Source: Mustelus asterias
Lineage: Eukaryota
Assembly (NCBI RefSeq): GCF_964213995.1
Contig: NC_135830.1
Span: forward strand, 16,058,001-16,122,000
Direction: 5' to 3'
DNA length: 64,000 nt
Under the pieces are notes generated by a model. It did not search any database. It was not told where the DNA came from and worked only from the letters and a program-made list of their open reading frames with translations. Made by a program: the position numbers and the translations under genes. Each line of letters begins with the position of its first letter. Position 1 is the first letter of the stretch. Positions 13,129-23,607 of the stretch are shown one piece after another.

Positions 13129-13675
13129 CAGTAAAATGTCTCACTACGCTAGATTAAAGGCCAACGGGTTTATTTGGAATCACGAGCTTTCGGAGCGCTG
13201 CTCCTTTCTGAGGTGAGTGGAGAGTTGGGTTCACAACACGGCATATATAGACAGAAACACAATTGCAAGACAATGGTTGGAATGCAAGTCTTTACAGGTA
13301 ATCAAGTCTTTACAGGCGCAGAGAACGCGAGTGGAGAGAAGAATAATCACAGGTTAAAGAGGTGCGAATTGTCTCAAGCCAGGACAGATGGTAGGACTTT
13401 GCAAGCCCAGGGAAAATGATGGAGGTTACATGTATTGTGACATGAACCTAAGATCCCGGCTGAGGCCGTCCTCAAAGATTCGCATTCCAACCATTACCTT
13501 GGAATTGCGTCTATGTGTATATGTGCCGTGTTTGCAAACCCAACTCTCCACTCACCTGAGGAAGTAGCTGCACTCCGAAAGCTCGTGATTCCAAATAAGG
13601 CTGTTGGACTTTAACCTGGTGTTGTGCGACTTCTTACCGTGCCCACCCCATTCCAACGCCGGCATCTCCAAATCA
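13129..13675. mobile_element. Penelope-derived element with inverted termini and hammerhead motifs
   Basis: 12-bp TSD tggtttaaggaa (13117-13128, 13676-13687); termini match the Penelope 3' end at 19500-19654; ctgagga...gaaagctc at about 13553-13587. Confidence 0.8.
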
Positions 13676-13754
13676 TGGTTTAAGGAAGGCATCGGTTAAT
13701 CCTCACAACTGCCTGCACTCTCACTCTCCTAACTGGTTTCAGTGAGCGCCCATT

Positions 13755-14075
13755 AGGGGAGGCCGTGACCAAGAGGAATTATCACTGGACAATGAATTCA
13801 AAAACACAGCTAAAGTTCTGGGAACCCGCCAGGGCAGATGGTGGAATTTCAATTCAATAAACATATCTGGAATTATGAATCTACTGATGACCATGAAACC
13901 ATTGACGATAGTCAGAAACCCCCATCTGGTTCACTGATGTCCTTCAGGGAAGGAAATCTGCCGTCTTTACCTGTCTGGCCTACATGTGACTGTAGAGTCA
14001 CACCAATGTGTCTGACTCTCAACTGCCTCTGGGTCACTGGCGACGGGCAGCGTCGACACCCAGTTCTCATCAATG
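13755..14075 (+). mobile_element. tRNA-derived SINE (second family; copies at about 20735-21120 and 37740-37825)
   Basis: Shared ...atcactggac...gatggtggaattt...gatgaccatg...gtctggcc...catgtgact motifs among the copies. Confidence 0.6.
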
Positions 14076-16479
14076 AATAAGAAGCAACTTGTGGACACAC
14101 CGAACCCTGCTTCCCGCTCCCCGCTGGGAGGAAGCGGAGCCACTGAGCACAGGATTTCTCTCTGCTCCAGGAAATGTCAATGAGCTACCGGGAGAAGCAA
14201 CCCAAAATTGCAGCGGCAGATCCAATACCTGCAGTGACAGGAAAACAGGAACATGACACAAATAGCTTCAAGAGCTAATTTTATAGTTGTAGGTGACATT
14301 TCATGCGCAATCAGTGACTAAAAATAATTACATCCTATCTGATTTTTATTTCCTTCCTCTTAACAATTATTTTGGCAGAATTCCAAAACGTTAGAATTGC
14401 ATTCTCTTCCACATATTGATCGCTGATGGTGGACAATTCTGTTTGCATTATGTTTTTTGTCGATTTCAAAAACATGCGATTGTGCTCACTGAAGCACAAT
14501 GAATCCCTCAAGAATTGGGTTGTGTCGCGGCTGAGGGTGCTGAACCGTTCCAAAGATTTTATTTTTGAGGACTAATGGAATCAATGGATTTGGAAATAGG
14601 ACGCACAGTTAGCATTAAGGTAGATGAACAGATCTGAACATTCCTGAATTGTACAGTGGGTCCCCAAGGTGGATTGGTCTACCATGTTTCTAAATTTTAT
14701 GTATCTTATTATCTGCATGAATTTCTTACACTCAGAGAATATAAATAATCAATCATGTGTATGGATATCGAAAGTTTGCAAAAGCTTTGACTTTCGGCTC
14801 TCGAAGGCCGGTAAGACATGAAAAACGGCATTGAAACACCGAACATTATGTTGTAGTTTCAAGGAGTTCCATGTGCAGAAACTGGTCCTTCGGTGGGAGA
14901 GCTGTTTCTTTCTTTAAATCATTCGTGTGACATGGCGTCGCTGGTTGGCCATCATTTATTGTGCATTCCTGGTCGCCCTTCAAATCAATGGCTGGCTAGG
15001 CCATTTTTAAGGGCAGTTGAGAGTCAATCACATTTCTGTGGCACTTTCTAAACATCCGAAATGGTTTCACGGTCAGCAGCAGATACTTAACTTCAGATTT
15101 TTAAAATTGAAGTCAAATTCCACCAACTGCCGAGGCAGGATTCGAACCAGGGCCCCAAAAGAACTGGATATTTATATATGAAATATGAAATGTCTATCAG
15201 AAGAGATAGACATGTTTAGAATATGTTTAAATCACGGGTAGATAGTTTTCTGATCGATAAGGGAATTAGGGGATATGGGGAGCAGGCGGGTAAGTGGAAC
15301 TGATTCGCTTCAGATCAGCCATGATCTTGTTGAATGGCTGGGCAGGCTCGAAGGGCCAGATGGCCTACTCCTGCTCCTATTTCTTATGTTCTTATGTTCT
15401 TATGATAGAAACATTCGGGTATATTTACACGGAGACACATCAGAATGTGAAACTCGCTCTTTGGAGAAACGGCGTGATGAATTTATGGCACAGCTTGGGA
15501 GAGAGGAATAAAAAGACACACAGCTCAGGATGTAAATGGTTATTTCGGGTTCGAGAGGTGAACGGGCGTCCGAGGACAATCTTCGACCAGCTGGACTGAG
15601 TGGCCTATTCGTGTTAAGTGGAAAGTGTAGAATGTTAAACTCAGAGACTATTGTGTTCGGAAAGAACAGGGAACAATCAGCCAATGGACTAAAAGGATTG
15701 AAATTCTCACATACCCTGAAGGCAGTTCCCAGTGAGTAACAGTAAAACCACTGCGGAAACTGAACAGACTGAACCAACCGACAACTGAGAGAAATTAGGG
15801 CAAGTTTTCATGACGGTTAGAAACCGCCATGAACAGACAGAAAACAACTCAGATGTAGAAATAAAATGAAATCAACTTGCAAATATTTCTAATGGAAGTA
15901 AAACGGTAGAATTGATGGACGGAAACAGACAAAGAGCCCAACGGCAGACAGGAGTTACCTTGTAGTGTTGAACTGCGGCCAAAGGTCGATTTTTGACCCA
16001 CAGGTATACATTGTCATTTCGGATTATTAGGTGCGGACGAAAATCTCTATTCTGTGCTGAACCTTGAGATTTACAGGTTCACAAGACTGCCCGATTTTCT
16101 TTCGGGCAATCAAATCTAGAGAGCAATTAATTCACTGAAAAGAAGAGTGAACTTTACGATTTAGTTTTCTGGTTCGCACTTCACCAATATATTTATTAGA
16201 AGATATTTAATAAAAATAGAATCATACTCCGCAAAAAAAAACACAATTCTGTCAGTAATTTGAAGGTTCTGCCAATGTACCTATTCGCTCTTCTTTGGTC
16301 CCCACTGGAATCCTGTCCTGTCCCAGAAGTTTCTCCCGCTCAATTACCGTTTGAAAGTTAATGCTAAGTCTGCTCCCAGCATCAGCCCTTCCGCATGCCA
16401 TTCAGGTGACTGCAATTCTCTGTGCAAAAAGGTCTGAAGATCTGCCACGCTTGTTTATTTCCAATTCAAATTCACAGAA

Positions 16480-16780
16480 TCCCAACAGGGCAGAAAGAGG
16501 TCATTCGGCCTATCGAGTCTGCACCGACCACGTCCCACCCAGTCCCAGGCTCTATTCCCATAACCCCACATATTTGCCTTTCTAATCTCCCTCTGGCACG
16601 AGGGTCAATGTCGATCAACGTAATCTGCACATTTTTGGACTGGGGGAGGAAGCCAGAGCACCCGGAGGAAACCCAAACGGTCACGGGGAGAACAGGCAAA
16701 CAGTGACCCGAGCGTGAAATTGAACCTGGGTCCCTGGCGCTGTGAGGCAACATTGGTAACTGTGTCACTGCGCCGCCCCC
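16480..16780 (-). mobile_element. HE1-like SINE in the J-to-Vdelta intron
   Basis: Reverse complement of the SINE at 33245-33590. Confidence 0.8.
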
Positions 16781-16887
16781 AAATTCAATTAAACAAATTG
16801 CTGCAACAGCCAGGTATTAACCCGATTGACAAGTTTCCAGGATAAACGGCGACGAAACAAACAATTCATTTTATTTCTACACTGCAG

Positions 16888-17193
16888 ATTCCAGCTCACC
16901 TGTGTCACCAAGTTCCCTTCTACAAACATCTGCTGCCGGCGACACGGTTATGTTAAGCTATGAATATTCAGGTCTCTGTCAGGACACAGTACACTGGTAC
17001 CGTCAGACCCGAGGACAGACTCCGAAGTGCCTGCTTCAGACACACACTTCAGGAGACGAGAATAAAGCAAACGCTGTCGCGGGGAGAATTTCTGCTTCTA
17101 TCGAATCTTCAGTCAAAATCAGCCGGTTAAAGATCTCCAAACTTCAACTGAGCGACTCCGCTGTTTATTACTGTGAAATGAGTTGGCGCACAG
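16888..17193 (+). pseudogene. Supporting TCR delta V (leaderless), cassette 1
   Basis: ctgcag acceptor; SSSPVSPSSLLQTSAAGDTVMLSYEYSGLCQDTVHWYRQ...SDSAVYYCEMSWR. First canonical Cys replaced by Tyr; CDR1 Cys retained; RSS heptamer is catagtg. Confidence 0.88.
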
Positions 17194-17242
17194 CATAGTG
17201 TCACAGAACACGGAGACAGCTGTACAAAAACCTGAACATGGT

Positions 17243-19654
17243 TCAGAGGAATTCATCAGGCGAATGAGGCTGCGGGAGTTCTTCCACAAACCCCAAGAGG
17301 CCAACAGCGAACACAATGAGACAGCTAATGAACCGGAACAGCAGACAGAGAGACCCGCAGTGCAACCGAAGAGGAAAGAGTCGAATTGGACTCCTCCGGA
17401 AGGCCGCTGCCCTCGACTTGACATGTATGCCCAAGCCATCAGGAGGTGCGTCAACACCAAATTCATCAGCCGAACTCACAAGACAGCACCGAACATCACC
17501 CAAGCACAACGCAACGCCATCCACGCTCTCAAGACCAACCGCAACATTGTCATCAAACCAGCAGACAAAGGAGGGGCCATCGTCATACTGAACAGAACGG
17601 ATTACTGCAAAGAAGTGCACCGACAACTAAACAACGAGGAACACTACGGAGAGTTACCCACAGATCCGACCAAAGAACACACCCGTCAACTCAACACTCT
17701 GATCAAAACCTTTGATCCGGACCTTCAGAGCACCCTCCGTGCTCTCATCCCACGTACTCCACGCGTTGGAGATCTCTACTGCCTCCCAAAAATACACAAG
17801 GCAAACACACCCGGCCGTCCCATCGTTTCAGGAAACGGAACCCTGTGCGAGAACCTCTCCGGCTATGTCGAGGGCATCTTGAAACCCATTGTACAAAGAA
17901 CCCCCAGCTTTTGTCGCGACACTACGGACTTCCTACAGAAACTCAACACACGTGGAGCAGTTGAACCAGGAGCACTCCTCGTCACAATGGATGTCTCGGC
18001 ACTCCACACCAGCATCCCCCACGATGATGGCATTGCTGCAACGGCCTCAGTACTCAATGCCGTCAACTGCCAGTTTCCAGATGCAATTTTACAACTCATC
18101 CGCTTCATCCTGGATCACAATATCTTCACCTTCAACAGCCAGTTCTTCATCCAGACACACGGAACAGCCATGGGGACAAAATTCGCACCTCAATATGCCA
18201 ACATCTTCATGCACAGGTTCGAACAAGACTTCTTCACCGCACAGGACCTTCAACCGATGCTCTACACTAGATACATCGATGACATTTTCTTCCTTTGGAG
18301 CCATGGTGAGCAATCACTGAAACAACTCTATGATGACATCAACAAGTTCCATCCCACCATCAGACTCACCATGGACTACTCTCCGGAATCGGTTGCATTC
18401 TTGGACACACGCATCTCCATTAAGGACGGTCACCTCAGCACCTCACTGTACCGCAAGCCCACGGATAACCTCATGATGCTCCACTTCTCCAGCTTCCACC
18501 CTAAACACGTAAAAGAAGCCATCCCCTACGGACAAGCCCTCCGTATACACAGGATCTGCTCGGATGAGGAGGATCGCAACAGACACCTCCAGACGCTGAA
18601 AGATGCCCTCATAAGAACAGGATATGGCGCTCGACTCATCGATCAACAGTTCCGACGCGCCACAGCGAAAAACCGCACCGACCTCCTCAGAAGACAAACA
18701 CGGGACACGGTGGACAGAGTACCCTTCCTCGTCCAGTACTTCCCCGGAGCGGAGAAGCTACGGCAACTCCTCCGGAGCCTTCAACATGTCATTGATGAAG
18801 ACGAACATCTCGCCAAGGCCATCCCCACACCCCCACTTCTTGCCTTCAAACAACCACGCAACCTCAAACAGACCATTGTCCGCAGCAAACTACCCAGCCT
18901 TCAGGAGAACAGTGACCACGACACCATACAACCCTGCCACAGCAACCTCTGCAAGACGTGCCGGATCATCAACATGGATGCCATCATCTCATGTGAGAAC
19001 ACCATCTACCAGGTACACGGTACCTACTCGTACAACTCGGCCAACGTTGTCTACCTGATACGCTGCAAGAAAGGATGTCCCAAGGCATGGTACATTGGGG
19101 AAACCATGCAGACGCTACGACAACGGATGAATGAACACCGCTCGACAATCACCAGGCAAGACTGTTCTCTTCCTGTGGGGGAGCACTTCAGCAGTCACGG
19201 GCATTCAGCCTTGGATCTTCAGGTAAGCGTTCTCCAAGGCGGCCTTCACGACACACGACAGCGCAGAGTCACTGAGCAGAAACTGATAGCCAAGTTCCGC
19301 ACACATGAGGACGGTCTAAACCGGGATGTTGGATTTATGTCACATTATCAGTAACCCCCACAGCTTGCCTCCTGGACTTGCACAATTTCACAAGCTGTAC
19401 TGTCTGGAGACAATACACATCTCTTTAACCTGTGTTGAATGCTCCCTCCACCCACATTGTCTGTACATTTAAGACCTGGCTGGCTGTAGAGATTTGCATT
19501 CTAATCAGTATTCTGTAATTTGATTTCTGTGTCTGTGCCCTGTTTGAGAACAGAGACCACTCCATCTGACGAAGGAGCATTGCTCCGAAAGCTTATGGTA
19601 TTTGCTACCAAATAAACCTGTTGGACTTTAACCTGGTGTTGTGAGACTTCTTAC
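17243..19654 (+). mobile_element. Penelope-like retroelement, 5'-truncated, uninterrupted RT + GIY-YIG ORF (to 19354)
   Basis: KPADKGG, PKIHK..PGRPIVS, GTAMG, RYIDD and VVYLIRC..WYIGET motifs; hammerhead motif in the 3' terminal region. Confidence 0.95.
19562..19598 (+). ncRNA. Minimal type I hammerhead ribozyme motif (Penelope-associated)
   Basis: ccat-CTGACGA-a-ggagc(att)gctcc-GAAA-gctt-atgg: stem I, catalytic core, stem II and palindromic aagctt stem III. Confidence 0.8.
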
Positions 19655-19966
19655 GATGATTACAGACACAGTGATTTGGTAGACGGAAAAAGCTTTACAA
19701 AAACCTGAACATGGTGATGATTACAGACAGAGTGATTTGGTACACGGAAACAGCTTTCCAGAAACCTGAACATGGTGAGAATTACAGACATTGTGATGAA
19801 GAACACGGAGAGAACTGTACAAAGGCCTGAATATGGTGAAGTTTACAGGCACAGTGATTTCGAACACGGAAACAGCTAGACGGAGACCTGAACATTGTGA
19901 GGATTACAGACATAGTGATACAGAACACGGAGAGCTGAACAAAAGCCTGAAGATGAATTACAGATT

Positions 19967-20271
19967 CTTGTAGTCCTCACCATGTCCATGTTTTTGCACA
20001 ACTCTCTCCTTGTTCTGTATCACTGTGTCTGAAATCCTCACCATGTTCAGGTTTCTGTCCAGCTCTCTCCGTGTTCTGTCTCACTGTGTCTGTAAGCCTC
20101 ACCATGTTCAAGTTTCTGTACGGCTCTCTCCGTCTTCTGCATCACTGTGTATGTAAGCCTCACCATGTTCAAGTTTCTGTACAGCTCTCTCCGTGTTCTG
20201 TCTCACTGTGTCTGTAAGCCTCACCATGTTCAAGTTTCTGTACGGCTCTCTCCCTGTTCTGCATCACTGTG
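19967..20271 (-). repeat. Tandem 61-bp 23-RSS array, 5 units, behind the intact supporting Vdelta
   Basis: CACAGTG heptamers at 20265-20271, 20204-20210, 20143-20149, 20082-20088 and 20021-20027; all spacers 23 bp; nonamers acagaaact x3, acagaaacc, gcaaaaaca; 22-bp linker tgaacatggtgaggcttacaga. Confidence 0.95.
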
Positions 20272-20577
20272 CTGTGTGCCGACTCAGTGCACAGTAATAC
20301 ACAGCGGAGTCGCTCAGTTGCAGCTTGGAGATCATTAACCAACTGATTTTTTCGACTGGGTCGACAAAAGCAGAAATTCTCGCCCCGGCAGCGTTTTCTT
20401 TGCTCTCCTCGCCTGATGTGTGTCTCATAAGCAGGTATTTTGGGGTTTGTCCTGGAGACTGACGGTACCAGTACAGTGTGTGTTGACAACGTCCCTGATA
20501 TTCGCAGTTTAAAGTAATGGTGTCGCCAGCAGCACACGTTTGGAGAGACGAATTCTGTGCCACAGATGAACTGGATT
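20272..20577 (-). CDS. Supporting TCR delta V (leaderless), cassette 2, apparently functional
   Basis: ttctgcag acceptor in phase with the J donor; ESSSSVAQNSSLQTCAAGDTITLNCEYQGRCQHTLYWYRQ...SDSAVYYCALSR; CDR1 Cys as in NAR-TCR supporting Vdelta; consensus heptamer. Confidence 0.9.
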
Positions 20578-22674
20578 CTGCAGAACCAATAAAATAATGC
20601 ACAATATTTCTATGATGCCATTACCTGCGTTGCATGTTAGTTTGCCCGGGGAAACATAATCGCGTCAATAGCTGACCATTTTGCCGCAATTGTTTCATTG
20701 AAGGGTGTTCGACATGTATTAACTATAATTGAGGAGACGGTGCCATAGTGGTATTGTCACTGGATTAGTTAATCCAGAGATTTAGTAATCCACGGAATGC
20801 CCTGGGGACACGGGTACGAACGGTACCACGGCCGATGGTGAAATTTGAATTTCAATTCAATCTTGAATTAATTCCAAAAAAAATGTTGAAGCAATGTCTA
20901 ATGATGACCATGGAACCATTGCCACTTATCGTTAAAACCACATCTGTTTCTCGAAGGTCCTTTTGGGAAGAAAATCTGCCATTCGTATCTGGTCTGGCCG
21001 CCATGTGACTCCAGGTCCACAACAATATGGTTGCCTCTTAAATGCCCTCTAAATGGGCTTCACAAGCCACCCAGTTCAAAGGCAATTAGGAACACCCACA
21101 TCCCGAGAATGAATTGAACAAATGGCAAAAGAGCGAGGGGCAAATATTTAGATGATTTTTATTTTATCACACAGCGAATTTTGCTCAATTGGATCCTTTG
21201 GAGATGTGATTTTGGGAACATATTCAGCACTCATTTTAAAACCGCCAATGGAAGAAATATACAGAATCAGATTAGAATTCCGGTGGTTTTGAAGAGTAGG
21301 AAGGTAACAGAGGTAAAGTTCAGTAGCACCTGCAAATAATCGCCACTTGGTCAGAATGATGTCCTTTTCCGGTTTCTCATTTTATGTTTTATATTTAGTG
21401 TCTGCTTCTGTGTATATTGGCGATTTACAAACCTGAGGAAATTACATGAAAGTTCACTTTTCTCACTATAACAATTGCTGTCCAGAGTTGATTGACTGAG
21501 AGTAACCCTACCTTTTTATATCCTGGGTCACATCAAGATTCAAGCGAAGATGGTCATACTCGCCCAGCGAAACTAATTATGCGAAAATGATATTGCATAT
21601 CTGTGTCAAAGATCAACCTTTGACTACCGTTTAACTCTTTGCACAGTTTCGTCCATCGATTCTACAATTTATATTATATATTAGAATGATTTTCAGTTAA
21701 TACCAGTGGATTTCTAAATCTGAGTTGTTCTCTTTGTGCTGCTTGCGATTTCTTGCCACCATGAGAACCTGTCCCATACACTCTCCAATATCAGTTGAGA
21801 TCAGCATGCTCAGTTTCCCCGATTGACTTGCTCACTGTTACTCACTGTGAAAATTGCCTTTTCAAGGTGCTTGAGATTTTCAATTCATTCCATCCATTGG
21901 TTGATTGTTCCCCATGCTTTCTGGGCAGAATCCCCTAAAAAGAGGTCTTTACCTAAAAAGAGGTCTGGGCAGAATCCTCTCTGTATTTTATATTATATAG
22001 ACTCTACAGAACAGAAGTAGGCCAGTCGGCTCACAGTACGCTTGTCCTTGCACTGCACACGTACCTACGCCCCTGTCACACTCGATCCCTAACGAAACCT
22101 TTGTACACTGAGCACTGTGTCCTTCTCCCTCCTCGATTTTTCACGCCGTCAGAAAAATTCCTTACGCCATTTACTGCAACCACTCCATCTGGTAGCGCCC
22201 TCCACATGCCTCCTAATTTCTTTTTCTTTTATCTCACTGGCATCATATTAAATGTTTCTTTAATCTGAATCGTTTTCTCCACACGTACATTAATGAACCT
22301 ATAAATTAATGCTAAAGATTTATATCAACAACAAAAACTGAAAAATGTTGGCAAACCTCAACAGGTCTGACAGCATCTGTGGAGACAGAATAGAGTCAAC
22401 GTTTCCAGTCGGGATGACCCTTCGTAAGAGCCACAGAGGGAATCAAAGTTGACACTAGGACAGAAGTCATAGCTTCAAAATGTGGACCCGACTCCAGTTT
22501 CCTATTATGCTCCCAAATCTAAAACTGCAATTGAAAATCTTCCACAGAAACCCCCCTTCCCCCACGCTGCTATTGTAGTCACAGCGGATTGAAGAGAGGC
22601 AGACTACAAGAATGAACTGACGGCGAAAACGAACCAGGACATTCTGCAACACGGGGGGATTTGGAGTCACTTAC

Positions 22675-22766
22675 CAGCTGAGACAGTCACCACCGTCCCA
22701 GACCCATCTGTAAATCTCCACTCTCCCCACAGTGTCAGCACTCTCAGTCAGCCCAGTACAAGAATG
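22675..22766 (-). CDS. NAR-TCR J cassette 2 (J 22675-22727, 23-RSS 22728-22766)
   Basis: cattcttgt-23-cactgtg, then GEWRFTDGSGTVVTVSA and a gtaagt donor. Confidence 0.9.
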
Positions 22767-23097
22767 ACTTACACGTCAAACTGATGGGGAAAAAATTACC
22801 GAATAGTCAGCGTTTATCAATTATTCAGGGGTTATAGATCAGCAATGAAGTATGATAGTTTTATAATTCCCATTGGAACAAACTGTTCCTTGGGACACTC
22901 TGAACTCTTGGCAAAACGGCCCAGGAACGGAGCGGAGATGGACGCTTCGTAGAAATGGAATAAAAAAGTTAAAGAAAGATAACTGAACGGAGGAAATTAC
23001 AACGAAATTAAACCATGTTGCAACGATAATAACCACAACCCGACAAGCTGTGGTCCGTGTCCTGGAAATTATTGCTTCGCTTGTTCAGAAATACTTA

Positions 23098-23125
23098 AGT
23101 ATTTGTTCTCCTCTCTTCCACTGTG
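23098..23125 (-). promoter_or_regulatory. 12-RSS of NAR-TCR V cassette 2
   Basis: cacagtg + gaagagaggaga (12 bp) + acaaatact. Confidence 0.88.
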
Positions 23126-23607
23126 GTGTCCCATGTGTGTAGTACCAATGCTGAGCTTTACAGTAATAGGTGGCAGTGTCTTCAATTCTCATGTCCCGAA
23201 TTTCCAGCGAAAATGTCTTTTCTGCTTCATTCACCGACACAACAAACCTCCCTCCGCTGGAGATCCGCTCCCGCTCTGTCCCAGTTTGGGTTTGTCTGAA
23301 GAAATGGCCATTTTCTAAATCGTAAACACCATTGAAAACACAGGTGATGGTGAGAGACTGACACTCCTTCCTGGTCACCGCTGCCGGGCTTTGAGTCACT
23401 GACTGACTGAAACATCCTGGAAATTAAACACAGAGAGTTTAATGGAGCATCAGAGCCGAACCGCACAACGGGGCTAAAACCCCAGACAGTGTTTGTAATT
23501 GAAATGGACTGGGGCAGCTTTATGTTCAATCCACACAATGTGAGTTAGTTTGATCGGTACTCACGGGGTAAATAGGCACACACGGTGAAAACAAGGAGGA
23601 TTCCCAT
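23126..23607 (-). CDS. NAR-TCR V (IgNAR-like), cassette 2, apparently functional; leader 23565-23607, V exon 23126-23416
   Basis: MGILLVFTVCAYLP|gtgagt...tttccag|CFSQSVTQSPAAVTRKECQSLTITC...ERISSGGRFVVSVNEAEKTFSLEIRDMRIEDTATYYCKAQHWYYTHGT; open frame; TATA-like catataaa at about 23631-23638. Confidence 0.92.

Larger units (their letters stand above)
17194..19964 (+). repeat. Tandem 61-bp 23-RSS array, 6 units, split by a Penelope insertion after unit 1
   Basis: Heptamers at 17194 catagtg, 19667 cacagtg, 19728 cagagtg, 19789 cattgtg, 19850 cacagtg, 19911 catagtg; spacers 23,23,23,23,23,21; nonamers acaaaaacc, acaaaaacc, ccagaaacc, acaaaggcc, acggagacc, acaaaagcc. Confidence 0.9.

Noticed and set aside
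17183-17242. V-Penelope fusion protein (723-aa ORF starting in the V/RSS)
   Set aside because: Starts at TTG in a different frame from the V, which stops at TAG; the first 20 codons are chance read-through of the RSS.
19967-20232. Array linkers as D segments
   Set aside because: Each linker has a heptamer on one side only; the other side is a nonamer end.
19655-20271. CRISPR-like repeat-spacer array
   Set aside because: Vertebrate context, no cas genes, the spacers are homologous to each other, and the units are RSS heptamer-23-nonamer.
22767-23097. Free D segment between NAR V and J (also 12409-12742)
   Set aside because: No heptamer-flanked segment found on either strand by eye.
23098-23137. 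Conventional 23-type RSS for the NAR V using cacatgg
   Set aside because: The spacer would be 24 bp with a poor heptamer and could not pair with the 23-RSS J; a perfect cacagtg lies exactly 12 bp from the nonamer.
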